DNA from: an uncultured bacterium
Lineage (GTDB): Bacteria; Acidobacteriota; HRBIN11; JAKEFK01
Length of the DNA stretch: 64,000 nt
Assembly: GCA_963777505.1 (NCBI GenBank)
Contig: CAVZQN010000006.1
Coordinates: 352,001-416,000 of the forward strand
Reading direction: 5' to 3'
The notes under the pieces are model-generated. The model searched no databases. It was not told the origin of the DNA and worked only from the letters and a program-made list of their open reading frames with translations. The position numbers and the translations under genes were made by a program. Positions 53,622-61,531 of the stretch are shown piece by piece; within the stretch, counting starts at the first letter, position 1; the number at the start of each line of letters is the position of its first letter.

Positions 53622-53718
53622 TGTCTCAGTTATGGGACAATACTTTTGGCGACGCTGATGAGGCTACTTCAGAATCCTCTAGACATTGAAGAAATGACTG
53701 TGTCACAATGTTGTGACC
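53622..53718. promoter_or_regulatory. Two palindromic putative bEBP enhancer sites
   Basis: TGTCTCA-gtta-TGGGACA (53622-53639) and TGTCACA-atgt-TGTGACC (53701-53718), 100-190 bp upstream of the predicted sigma54 start site. Confidence 0.5.
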
Positions 53719-53790
53719 GGATTGAAGAAAGAAATTTCATGAAGTTGGTAAATACCGACGAGGATTCCAGAAAACTTGCAAGAAGTATGG

Positions 53791-53806
53791 TGGCTTGTTC
53801 CTTGCT
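53791..53806 (+). promoter_or_regulatory. Sigma54 -24/-12 promoter
   Basis: TGGCTTGTTCCTTGCT: GG-N10-GC with TGGC and TTGCT. Confidence 0.6.
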
Positions 53807-53815
53807 TCCGTGAAA

Positions 53816-54036
53816 GCCGCAGGGATTAAAGTCCTGTGGCTGAGGCGAGTCAGCCTTGTTTTAAGTTTAATTGGACTTCAGTCGAGAATTTGGCAGATCT
53901 TCAAATTGCAGTAATTGACCTTCTTGTGGCCAATTCTCGCGCGGACCGGTTCAATATAACCGGTCTAATAGTGAATACTGAAGTGGGATGTCCATACCCC
54001 TCCCCCTTCCCCTCGTCCCACTTCAGTATCTTTTTT
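53816..54036 (+). ncRNA. Candidate sigma54-dependent structured sRNA (~220 nt)
   Basis: Begins at the predicted +1 with a hairpin; further stems at 53883-53939 and 53944-53965; ends in a 16-bp stem with C-rich loop plus T6. Confidence 0.5.
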
Positions 54037-54068
54037 CTCTCCAGGATAGGACAAAATAAAAATTGAAT

Positions 54069-55463
54069 ATGAATAATGCATCTTCACGCATTCTCGTAGT
54101 TGATGATGAAGAAAATGTTCTTCAGATTTGTTCTGAAACGCTTCAAAAATTAGATGATGTGCATGTTCTTCTAGAGACAAAAAGTTCTGAAGCATTACGG
54201 ACGCTTTCATCTGATCGAGTTGATCTATTAATTGTCACGCGTCGTATTAATGGCGTTGATGCAATGGATCTCTTTAAGGTTGGAAGACGGACAGATCCAA
54301 ATATTTCTGTATTGATTCTTACTGAAGCAGCCACTGCAAATACAGCCGTTGAATGTATGAGAATTGGCGGCGCCGATTACATCACTAAGCCTTTACAGCC
54401 TGAAGAATTTCTTGCCACTGTACGTCATTTACTGGAAGCAAAACGTCTTCGCGAAGAACATCAATCATTGCAGTGGCAGGTTGTACGCTCCCATTCATTT
54501 GATGGAATTGTTGGAAGAAGTCCTGCAATGAGAGTCGTCTTCAAAACGATCCATTTAATTTCAGAAACAGATGTAGATGTATTGATCGTTGGTGAAACAG
54601 GAACAGGAAAGGAACTGGTTGCACGCAGTATTCATAACCGCAGCCCGAGGAGAGCAGGACCATTTGTTGCGGTTGATTGTGGAGCGATTCCGGAAAATTT
54701 GTTGGAATCTGAATTGTTTGGCCATGAGAAAGGAGCGTTTACCGGAGCGGAAGCGCGAAGTATTGGTTTGTTGGAGATGGCAAATCGCGGCACTTTCTTT
54801 TTAGATGAGGTTGGAGAATTGCCGGTTCGTCTTCAAGCAAAATTACTCCGCTCACTACAGGAACGGAAAATACGCCGGATCGGAGGGAAAGAAGAAATTC
54901 CGCTGGATGTGCGAATTATTGCTGCAACTTCAAGGGATCTTGTGGCTGAAATTCGTGAAGGCAGATTCCGTGATGATCTTTACTACAGGATTAATGTTGC
55001 GCGTATTGAGCTTCCACCTTTGCGTGCTCGAAGCGAAGATATTCCGCTTTTAACATCACATTTTGTAACGATCTACAGCCAGCAAATGGACAAAGGAGTG
55101 GTTGAAGTGGATCCCGAAGTTACGGATGTTTTATCCCGTTATACCTGGCCAGGAAACGTTCGGGAATTACAAAATGTATTGAAGCGTGCGCTCGCAATGA
55201 CACGTCATCATGTTTTGAGTGTTGAAGACCTTCCTGTTGATATTGCCGTTCAGGGCGGTGAACGCAGACGCACCGATCGTGGTGGATTTTTTCAAGTACG
55301 TTCGCAGAGAATTTCTGCTTTTGAAAAATGGTATTTAAACAATTTGCTGAAATCCTGTCAGGGTGATGTAAGCCGTGCAGCAAGAAAAGCTGAAGTTCCA
55401 CGCGGGACACTTTACCGTTTGCTAAATAAGCATAACTTAAATCCTGAAGATTTCCGGACGTGA
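54069..55463 (+). CDS. NtrC-family sigma54 enhancer-binding protein with atypical receiver domain
   Basis: GETGTGKE, ESELFGHEKGAFTGA, FLDEVGE, RIIAAT, WPGNVREL, Fis HTH; receiver DLLIVTRRING lacks the phospho-Asp. Confidence 0.93.
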   Translation: MNNASSRILVVDDEENVLQICSETLQKLDDVHVLLETKSSEALRTLSSDRVDLLIVTRRINGVDAMDLFKVGRRTDPNISVLILTEAATANTAVECMRIGGADYITKPLQPEEFLATVRHLLEAKRLREEHQSLQWQVVRSHSFDGIVGRSPAMRVVFKTIHLISETDVDVLIVGETGTGKELVARSIHNRSPRRAGPFVAVDCGAIPENLLESELFGHEKGAFTGAEARSIGLLEMANRGTFFLDEVGELPVRLQAKLLRSLQERKIRRIGGKEEIPLDVRIIAATSRDLVAEIREGRFRDDLYYRINVARIELPPLRARSEDIPLLTSHFVTIYSQQMDKGVVEVDPEVTDVLSRYTWPGNVRELQNVLKRALAMTRHHVLSVEDLPVDIAVQGGERRRTDRGGFFQVRSQRISAFEKWYLNNLLKSCQGDVSRAARKAEVPRGTLYRLLNKHNLNPEDFRT

Positions 55464-55552
55464 GGGGTTTTTCAAACAGCTAACGTCGAGAAATGTCTGT
55501 ATTTCGCCAGATGCGAAGTATGAATTTTTCTTGTATATTCTATTTTTATCCT

Positions 55553-56179
55553 ATGAGATTCTCTGAATTTGAAAAGATTGCTGCGTTTTCTCGCTTATTT
55601 CTTTTCATAGCCGCCATCTCGTGCGTTGTTTTTTTTAGTGGGGTTCTGTGGGCGCAAGAAGATGCGGATATCATAAGAAAAGGAAATTGGGGAATTGGAT
55701 TTTATGGCGCAGGTGGAACGGGTGTTAGCGGAAGTACTCAAGGTACTGAGGTTTTCTGGACCGGTTTCCGCTATAAAAGAGTTATTACCGATATTAAAGG
55801 GAAAGGATTTTGGCGAGGTTCACTTGAGTACGGCGCAGAATTCATGCCTGTCTTTTTGATTTTTCAGGATGATCTTGTTTATGGCACCCAATTTTCCCCG
55901 TTGTTGATGCGGTGGAATTTTCAAAAACCAGGATCACACATAATGCCGTTTTTTGAATGGGGAGGAGGACTCCTATATACAACGGATCAAGTTCCTGTAC
56001 GAAGTTCTCATTTTAATTTTACTCCTCAGGGTGGATTAGGTTTTTCAATCTTTAATTCAGGCAGCAGAGCTGTAACGTTTCAGGTAAAATATATGCACAT
56101 TTCGAACGGCGGTTTTAAGAAACCGAATCCAGGGATAAATGCGGTTCAAGTACTTGCCGGATACGAATGGCTTCGATAA
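55553..56179 (+). CDS. Lipid A 3-O-deacylase (PagL)/acyloxyacyl hydrolase-like beta-barrel
   Basis: FNFTPQGG, YMHISNGG..PNPGIN catalytic motif, aromatic C-terminal strand. Confidence 0.85.
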   Translation: MRFSEFEKIAAFSRLFLFIAAISCVVFFSGVLWAQEDADIIRKGNWGIGFYGAGGTGVSGSTQGTEVFWTGFRYKRVITDIKGKGFWRGSLEYGAEFMPVFLIFQDDLVYGTQFSPLLMRWNFQKPGSHIMPFFEWGGGLLYTTDQVPVRSSHFNFTPQGGLGFSIFNSGSRAVTFQVKYMHISNGGFKKPNPGINAVQVLAGYEWLR

Positions 56180-56182
56180 ACG

Positions 56183-56258
56183 CAAAAATCAAAAATGGAA
56201 AATAGAAACAAAAATCAGGACCTCATTTTTTATTTTTGATCTTTGATTTTTTATTTTG
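56183..56258. repeat. Heptamer-period inverted repeat (CAAAAAT/ATTTTTG)
   Basis: caaaaat caaaaat ggaaaat... followed by atttttt atttttg atctttg atttttt, just upstream of the tRNA. Confidence 0.6.
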
Positions 56259-56264
56259 AAACTT

Positions 56265-56338
56265 GCGCCCGTAGCTCAGTTGGACAGAGCGCCAGACTTC
56301 GAATCTGTAGGTCGGGGGTTCGAGCCCCTCCGGGCGCG
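56265..56338 (+). tRNA. tRNA-Arg(TCG)
   Basis: GCGCCCG/CGGGCGC acceptor; caga-cttcgaa-tctg anticodon arm; GGTTCGAGCC T-arm. Confidence 0.93.
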
Positions 56339-56395
56339 CTTACTTGAAGCCGGTAGAACGTAATCACGTGCCGGCTTTTCCTTTTTCCATCGACA

Positions 56396-56875
56396 CTACT
56401 TCTTCGGTGCCTCGGCGAGCCTACCATCTCTTTTGCCTTCCCACTTTACGAACATAAGGCACTCATCGGTTAGACAAGAACCGGCGTGCGCCTGATCGCC
56501 GGGTTGGAACCAGTAACTTCCAGGACCCAGTGGTTTTGCAGTCGCTTCCTGCTCTCCTTCACCCCAATGCTTCATCGTTCCCTGAACCATCGTGAGGTGG
56601 TAGTCAGAGGTGTGAATGTGAAGAGAGTTACCGCCCTTCTTGAACTTGAGCAACATGGCTGAAGGGCCTTTCTCCGGATCGCCCCATAACACGGCCATTT
56701 GTGCTCCGTCGGGCTGTTTGGGATCAACCGGTTTGAACTCAGCCTCTTGAAACGGCGTGACGATGAGCTTCTTCTTTTCGTCGGCGTTGACACTGGCGCC
56801 AAAAACGGCCAGGACGCATACCATTCCTACAATTAATAGATTATTGTAACGCTGCACTTTTGCGAGAAAACTCAT
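56396..56875 (-). CDS. Exported cupin (DUF4437-like)
   Basis: AVLWGDP, LHIHTSDYH, GPGSYWFQPG..H; RBS GGAGG; elevated GC. Confidence 0.85.
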   Translation of the reverse strand: MSFLAKVQRYNNLLIVGMVCVLAVFGASVNADEKKKLIVTPFQEAEFKPVDPKQPDGAQMAVLWGDPEKGPSAMLLKFKKGGNSLHIHTSDYHLTMVQGTMKHWGEGEQEATAKPLGPGSYWFQPGDQAHAGSCLTDECLMFVKWEGKRDGRLAEAPKK

Positions 56876-56988
56876 CAGCACCTCCACTTTAAGATAGAAA
56901 TAATCATCCAAAGGGAAATGCGCAACAAAAAAGGGGAGTGTTTGTGTAAATTGTTAGATATTATTGACTAACTTTCTCAGGGTGCGAC

Positions 56989-57894
56989 TTATTTTTTTAC
57001 AGTCAGCCGATATTCGTTTAATGTAACTGGTTCGGCTGTGCCCTTCCCGGAAACTTTCAGTTTGTAATTCCCTTCAGCAAGAGTTTCCGACTTCAATATG
57101 ACAGAAATCAATGAACCTTCAGCAGTTGCTTGATCCATTAGATTAATTTCATCCCGCCATAACGTATTTCCATTCTGCAAAATTTCTACAACATAGGATT
57201 TGAAATCCGCATTCTGAACAGAAAATACGAGTGTGAACTTATTGCTATTGTCGCTGAATCGTACCGGAATCGTTTGTGTTTCTCCACCTCGTTCAGACCG
57301 AACTGAGTAAACGGCTGAAGCTGATAAGTCCGGCTGGACCAGCCTTTCACGTTCTTCATTTAAACTCTGAATCTGTTTCTCGTAATTCTGTTTTAACTCT
57401 TCGTAATTCGGTTCTTGAGAAGGTATTTTCTTTGATCTTTCCTGATTTAATTCATCCTTCAAATTAGAAACTTCCTTATCCAGAACAAAGCTCTTATAGG
57501 ATGGATAAATTAAAGAAGCAACCAGACCGATCAGAATAAGATTCACGTATGCAGGAATTCTAAAACCAGAGGAGGAAGGAATTGAGTAAATCTTTGTTTG
57601 ATGACTTTCTCTTGATAGTCCTCCCAAACGATCCTGGAGTTTAGCCAAGTTTTGCTGGAAAATTTGATCCGCTTTTCGCGCATCAATCGAAGTGGATTCT
57701 CCTGCCTCAAGTGCTTCATGCAAATCCGCGAGACGGCCTGCGCAAAGTGAACATGTTTTTAAATGTTGTTCAAATATTTCAGCATCCTTGTTGGAAAGTA
57801 ATTGCTGAAAATATTGAAATACTTCTTCTTCACGGTTGCAGGAAAAATCTGCATCCGGAAAGATGTCATGAAATGAAAAAGTGGTTTTGCTCAT
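56989..57894 (-). CDS. Zinc-finger (zf-HC2) membrane anti-sigma factor
   Basis: FEQHLKTCSLC (HxxxCxxC), single TM, periplasmic Ig-like tail; overlaps the sigma gene. Confidence 0.85.
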   Translation of the reverse strand: MSKTTFSFHDIFPDADFSCNREEEVFQYFQQLLSNKDAEIFEQHLKTCSLCAGRLADLHEALEAGESTSIDARKADQIFQQNLAKLQDRLGGLSRESHQTKIYSIPSSSGFRIPAYVNLILIGLVASLIYPSYKSFVLDKEVSNLKDELNQERSKKIPSQEPNYEELKQNYEKQIQSLNEERERLVQPDLSASAVYSVRSERGGETQTIPVRFSDNSNKFTLVFSVQNADFKSYVVEILQNGNTLWRDEINLMDQATAEGSLISVILKSETLAEGNYKLKVSGKGTAEPVTLNEYRLTVKK

Positions 57895-58505
57895 TCAAGT
57901 TCCCCCAAACTTATGATTTGCTCGATGGTGATTTCGTGGCCTTTCTTTCCCATACAAGTTTCCAAGTCTTTTTTTATACTGTCGTAAGATCGTCGAAGCT
58001 CTGCTCTTTCGATCTTTAAGATCTTCACAATTTGAGCTGCCTTCAGTCCTCGCCACCGCAATTTAAGAACCGTCCGATTGATATCATTTAGTGCTTCTAT
58101 ACAAGCGGACAAATGAACCAGGATCTTCTGTTTATCCATCTCAGCGATGTACCGATCCTCCGTCCGGCTCTCGCTGATGACCTCCATTTCCGTGGTTAAT
58201 GGTTCTTGTTCTTTTAATAAAGACGTTTTACGAAGGCGGTCAACGCATAAATTTCGAGTAATTGTTAAAAGCCAGCTTTTAAAGACGGAAGGATTCTTCA
58301 GATTCCCTGCATTTTCAATGACTTTTATGAAAATGTCGTGGAAAACATCATTTGCTTGATCATAATCTGCGAGGTAGTGGTAGCAGATTTTCAGAACCAG
58401 AAGCTTATACCGTTCATAGAGGGTAAGCAGAATGACTTTCCGTTCTTCGTCAGAACAGTTGCCAAGATTCCGGACGAGGTCGGAGTCGGATTGATCTTTG
58501 CTCAT
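57891..58505 (-). CDS. ECF RNA polymerase sigma factor
   Basis: LYERY, ANDVFHDIFIKV, FKSWLLTITRNLCVDRLRK, region 4 HTH. Confidence 0.92.
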   Translation of the reverse strand: MSKDQSDSDLVRNLGNCSDEERKVILLTLYERYKLLVLKICYHYLADYDQANDVFHDIFIKVIENAGNLKNPSVFKSWLLTITRNLCVDRLRKTSLLKEQEPLTTEMEVISESRTEDRYIAEMDKQKILVHLSACIEALNDINRTVLKLRWRGLKAAQIVKILKIERAELRRSYDSIKKDLETCMGKKGHEITIEQIISLGELE

Positions 58506-58584
58506 TTTTACCCGGGGCTAGAACGAGAATATCATTGTCCAACAAATTTTGGCATGAAAAAAGGTAAGGTTGGGTGATAAATAA

Positions 58585-58624
58585 TGAAGACCGTGCGGTG
58601 CTTTTGAGGACCGCACGGTCTTCA
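58585..58624 (-). terminator. 15-bp perfect hairpin (terminator or sRNA 3' end)
   Basis: tgaagaccgtgcggt-N10-accgcacggtcttca. Confidence 0.6.
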
Positions 58625-58860
58625 ATTGGGAGCCGCTATCGCGAGCTCCTGTCCAGAGAGGAAAGCATTGTTAGCCGTGTTCGCTCCACCAGCGATCATG
58701 GCCATAAGATATTGAATTTTGCTCCGAATGGTAAATGATTCAAATTACCTCTCTACTTCTTAATTTATCCATGGGGTTTGAGAGTGTTGTCACTAAAAAC
58801 GGATTATCACTGTCGCTGAATTTTGACAACCAATTTGATGGCAGGTGTACCGGTTCTGCG

Positions 58861-58896
58861 AAAAAGGGGACACAGTTTCTTTAAACTATGCCCCCT
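58861..58896 (-). terminator. Terminator downstream of csbD-like gene
   Basis: Imperfect GGGG/CCCC stem followed on the minus strand by a T5 run. Confidence 0.55.
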
Positions 58897-58910
58897 AATA
58901 TCCCTTTCAT

Positions 58911-59138
58911 CTACACTCGCCTGTTAGAGGCTGGTTCCTCTTCGATTTGGCGAGCAAATTCATCAGCTTCGCGTTCAGCAACATCACGTGCGTAACCGTA
59001 ACGTTTTTGCAGTGAACCAATCAGCTGATCCCTTTTCCCTTCGATCTTATCGAGATCATCGTTTGTAAGCTCCCCCCAGTTTTCCTTTACCTTTCCCTTA
59101 AACTCTTTCCAATTTCCTTCAATTCGATCCCAATTCAT
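58911..59138 (-). CDS. CsbD/YjbJ family stress protein
   Basis: MNWDRIEGNWKEFKGKVKENWGELTNDDL..GKRDQLIGSLQKRYG. Confidence 0.95.
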   Translation of the reverse strand: MNWDRIEGNWKEFKGKVKENWGELTNDDLDKIEGKRDQLIGSLQKRYGYARDVAEREADEFARQIEEEPASNRRV

Positions 59139-59177
59139 AAAAAACCTCCAAAGATGACTTGAGGAAATTAGTCCAAT

Positions 59178-59522
59178 CTATGATGATTTAATTTTTAGAT
59201 TCGAAACTACGTTCTTAACACCATCTACGGAACGTGCAAGATCAATCGCTTTTTGTTCTTCTGCTTCCGATGCAACAGTCCCATTGAGTGTAACGACGCC
59301 TTCATCGGTGTCCACATCAATGTTGCTTGCTGAGACCAATTCATCATCCGCCATTTTCATTTTTACTGCTGCTGTGATGCTTCCATCCGTTGCTGCTTCA
59401 GCTGTTTCTTCCGCTGCTTCCTTTGTACCTTCTGACACTGCAGTACCAGTATTTTTAGCAGCCGTGCAACCGTAAAAACCGATAGCCAGCACGCATAACA
59501 ATATGACTAAAAGTTTGTTCAT
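59178..59522 (-). CDS. BON-domain lipoprotein
   Basis: Lipobox FYGC; DGSITAAVK..IDVDTDEGVVTLNG. Confidence 0.92.
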   Translation of the reverse strand: MNKLLVILLCVLAIGFYGCTAAKNTGTAVSEGTKEAAEETAEAATDGSITAAVKMKMADDELVSASNIDVDTDEGVVTLNGTVASEAEEQKAIDLARSVDGVKNVVSNLKIKSS

Positions 59523-59710
59523 AAGTAAGATTTCCTCCTAGACGACAGAATAGGTCCTTATAGCCTCAATGAATATCGTAGATCTAGGTTGATTTATGTC
59601 ATAAAAAAAACACAGGAAACGTAAAAAAATGAGACCTAATTGATTTGCTTGCGCTCCTATGGGAAGATTTAAGCAGTTAGCAAATCTATAACCTATTGAG
59701 GCTTTCCAAT

Positions 59711-60097
59711 ATGTCGTCCAAAGTTCTAATCGTCGAGGATGAAGTTATTGTTGCTGAAGATATCCGATCAAAACTGCTTCAAAAGGGTTATCAGGTGTTG
59801 GGAATAGCAGATAGCTTTGATAAAGCGTTGGAGATGGTAAAAGATAATCGACCCGACGTGATGATTCTGGACATCCGAATAAAGGGTGAAATTAATGGTG
59901 TTGAAACGGCGATTATTTTAGGGTCACATTTCGAAAAAACAGTGCCTGTTGTTTTTCTTACTGCATTTTCAGAATCAGAATTCCCCGTATTAAAAGCCGT
60001 AGACTCGTATGCTTACATTAACAAGCCTTTTACAGACGAAGGACTTTTTAAGGCGGTTGAAAGTGCTTTGAATTCCGCCAACTCCCCACTCGCTTAA
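59711..60097 (+). CDS. Single-domain response regulator
   Basis: VLIVEDE, PDVMILD, FLTAF, KPF; paralog of 48296-48754. Confidence 0.9.
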   Translation: MSSKVLIVEDEVIVAEDIRSKLLQKGYQVLGIADSFDKALEMVKDNRPDVMILDIRIKGEINGVETAIILGSHFEKTVPVVFLTAFSESEFPVLKAVDSYAYINKPFTDEGLFKAVESALNSANSPLA

Positions 60098-60206
60098 GAA
60101 ACTGCAATTATCACTAAAAATCAAACGGCCGTGCGGGACGTTGCTAACACGACCCGCACGACCGGGAAGTTGGAGGGGTATGTCTTTTTTTCAAAAGTGC
60201 TATCAA

Positions 60207-60833
60207 TTATTTAGTGGACGGATCGATTTTTATTTCCGATCGAACTTCTCGGACGCCTGCAACTGAATTTGCTAAACGGATCACCTGGTCCTCTTCTTCT
60301 TGTGTTCGGACAGTTCCACTCAAAACAACGACTCCTTCGGTTGCTTCTGTACGAATGCCCCTCGATTTAATGAGATCATCCGCTGCAAATTTTGATTGTA
60401 TTTCATTGAGAATACGCGCATCACCATTGATGTCAGCAGCTTCGTCGAGTTCCTTTTCCCCTTGTTCTACAATCTCTCCGCGTTCCTGGAGAGTAGGGCT
60501 CCCTGCATCGATCCCTTCGTCAGGGACAATCTTTAGACGGTTCGTAACTGAAACAACGCCAGGTGTTTTTGTGGCAAGTTCTACGATCCTATCTGCCTGC
60601 GATTGAGAAACAACTGTACCTGTAACGGTAACTACACCATCTTTTGTAACGACATCGAAGATCATGCCCCGAAGCATTTCATCTTCTGTGGCCTTGTTTC
60701 TAACATCGGTAGTAATATCCGAATCTTCGCGCGAAACCAGATCAGTTTTTTCATTCAACGGACGGTTTTCTTGAGCAAATATTGAGCTAAATGATAGCAA
60801 TCCAATGAATAACGCAATAATCCATGTCTTCAT
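60207..60833 (-). CDS. Double BON-domain protein
   Basis: Signal peptide; two BON repeats (DGVVTVTG; EGVVVLSG). Confidence 0.9.
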   Translation of the reverse strand: MKTWIIALFIGLLSFSSIFAQENRPLNEKTDLVSREDSDITTDVRNKATEDEMLRGMIFDVVTKDGVVTVTGTVVSQSQADRIVELATKTPGVVSVTNRLKIVPDEGIDAGSPTLQERGEIVEQGEKELDEAADINGDARILNEIQSKFAADDLIKSRGIRTEATEGVVVLSGTVRTQEEEDQVIRLANSVAGVREVRSEIKIDPSTK

Positions 60834-60911
60834 AAATCACCTCCTATTAATCATGCCTGAGTAAAGATCGTGCGGGGACCAGAAGTCCCCGCACTGGCAT
60901 CCAGGGGAACC

Positions 60912-61118
60912 TTATTGAGCTTGAGCCATGAGAGATGGCGATGCATTTTTGCGGGATAAACGATGATTTCGGTTCCCTTTTAGGGGTTTTATTCCCAACA
61001 GATCGGCTAATGCTACATATGTTAATACGAGCTGTTCACCTTTGGATGAACTAACCTTACTGGATTCTTCATATAGTGCTGCAACTAGTTCACCAAATGT
61101 GCTTTTGCTTTTCATCAT
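60912..61118 (-). CDS. Small hypothetical protein
   Basis: RBS AAGGAG; TFGELVAALYEE helix; in operon with DUF1328. Confidence 0.6.
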   Translation of the reverse strand: MMKSKSTFGELVAALYEESSKVSSSKGEQLVLTYVALADLLGIKPLKGNRNHRLSRKNASPSLMAQAQ

Positions 61119-61127
61119 TTACTCCTT

Positions 61128-61292
61128 TTACGCTACAGGGCGTCGGCCCATGATTAATGAAATTACAAACGCAATCAGAAATACAAAAAACAAAATTTTC
61201 GCAATTCCTGCTGCCGCGCCGGCGATGCCAGCGAATCCTAAAAAGGCAGCGATTAAGGCAATCACTAAAAATGTTACTGTCCACGAAAGCAT
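61128..61292 (-). CDS. DUF1328 (YtjA-like) small membrane protein, 54 aa; absent from ORF track
   Basis: Translated by hand: [54 protein letters not shown]; RBS AGGAGG. Confidence 0.93.
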   Translation of the reverse strand: MLSWTVTFLVIALIAAFLGFAGIAGAAAGIAKILFFVFLIAFVISLIMGRRPVA

Positions 61293-61531
61293 GTTTTCCT
61301 CCTTTTCTTGAAAACTACAATTGACGCTTATAACGTTACAATTAGCGGGGATCTAAAAGTATCGCTTTTCTGATGTATTTGCCGTCGCGGCTTGAAGGCT
61401 ATACTGTCACAGAATCTACGACAGAAATTTACCGCCCGACAGCCTCGTATTCTGAGAATTCCGATGAGTTGAAATACGGAGAAGTGTGGCTATTTATCCA
61501 TTCAGAGAAAAAAAGTCAAAAGGAGTCTATT

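Noticed and set aside
58620-58706. tmRNA (tag-like ANNAF..ELAIAA peptide, CTCCACCA)
   Set aside because: The peptide does not stop at AA, the two signals are on opposite strands, and there is no tRNA-like T-arm.
61042-61311. ORFs 61042-61311(+) and 61090-61284(-)
   Set aside because: Shadow frames of the real 54-aa DUF1328 gene at 61128-61292.
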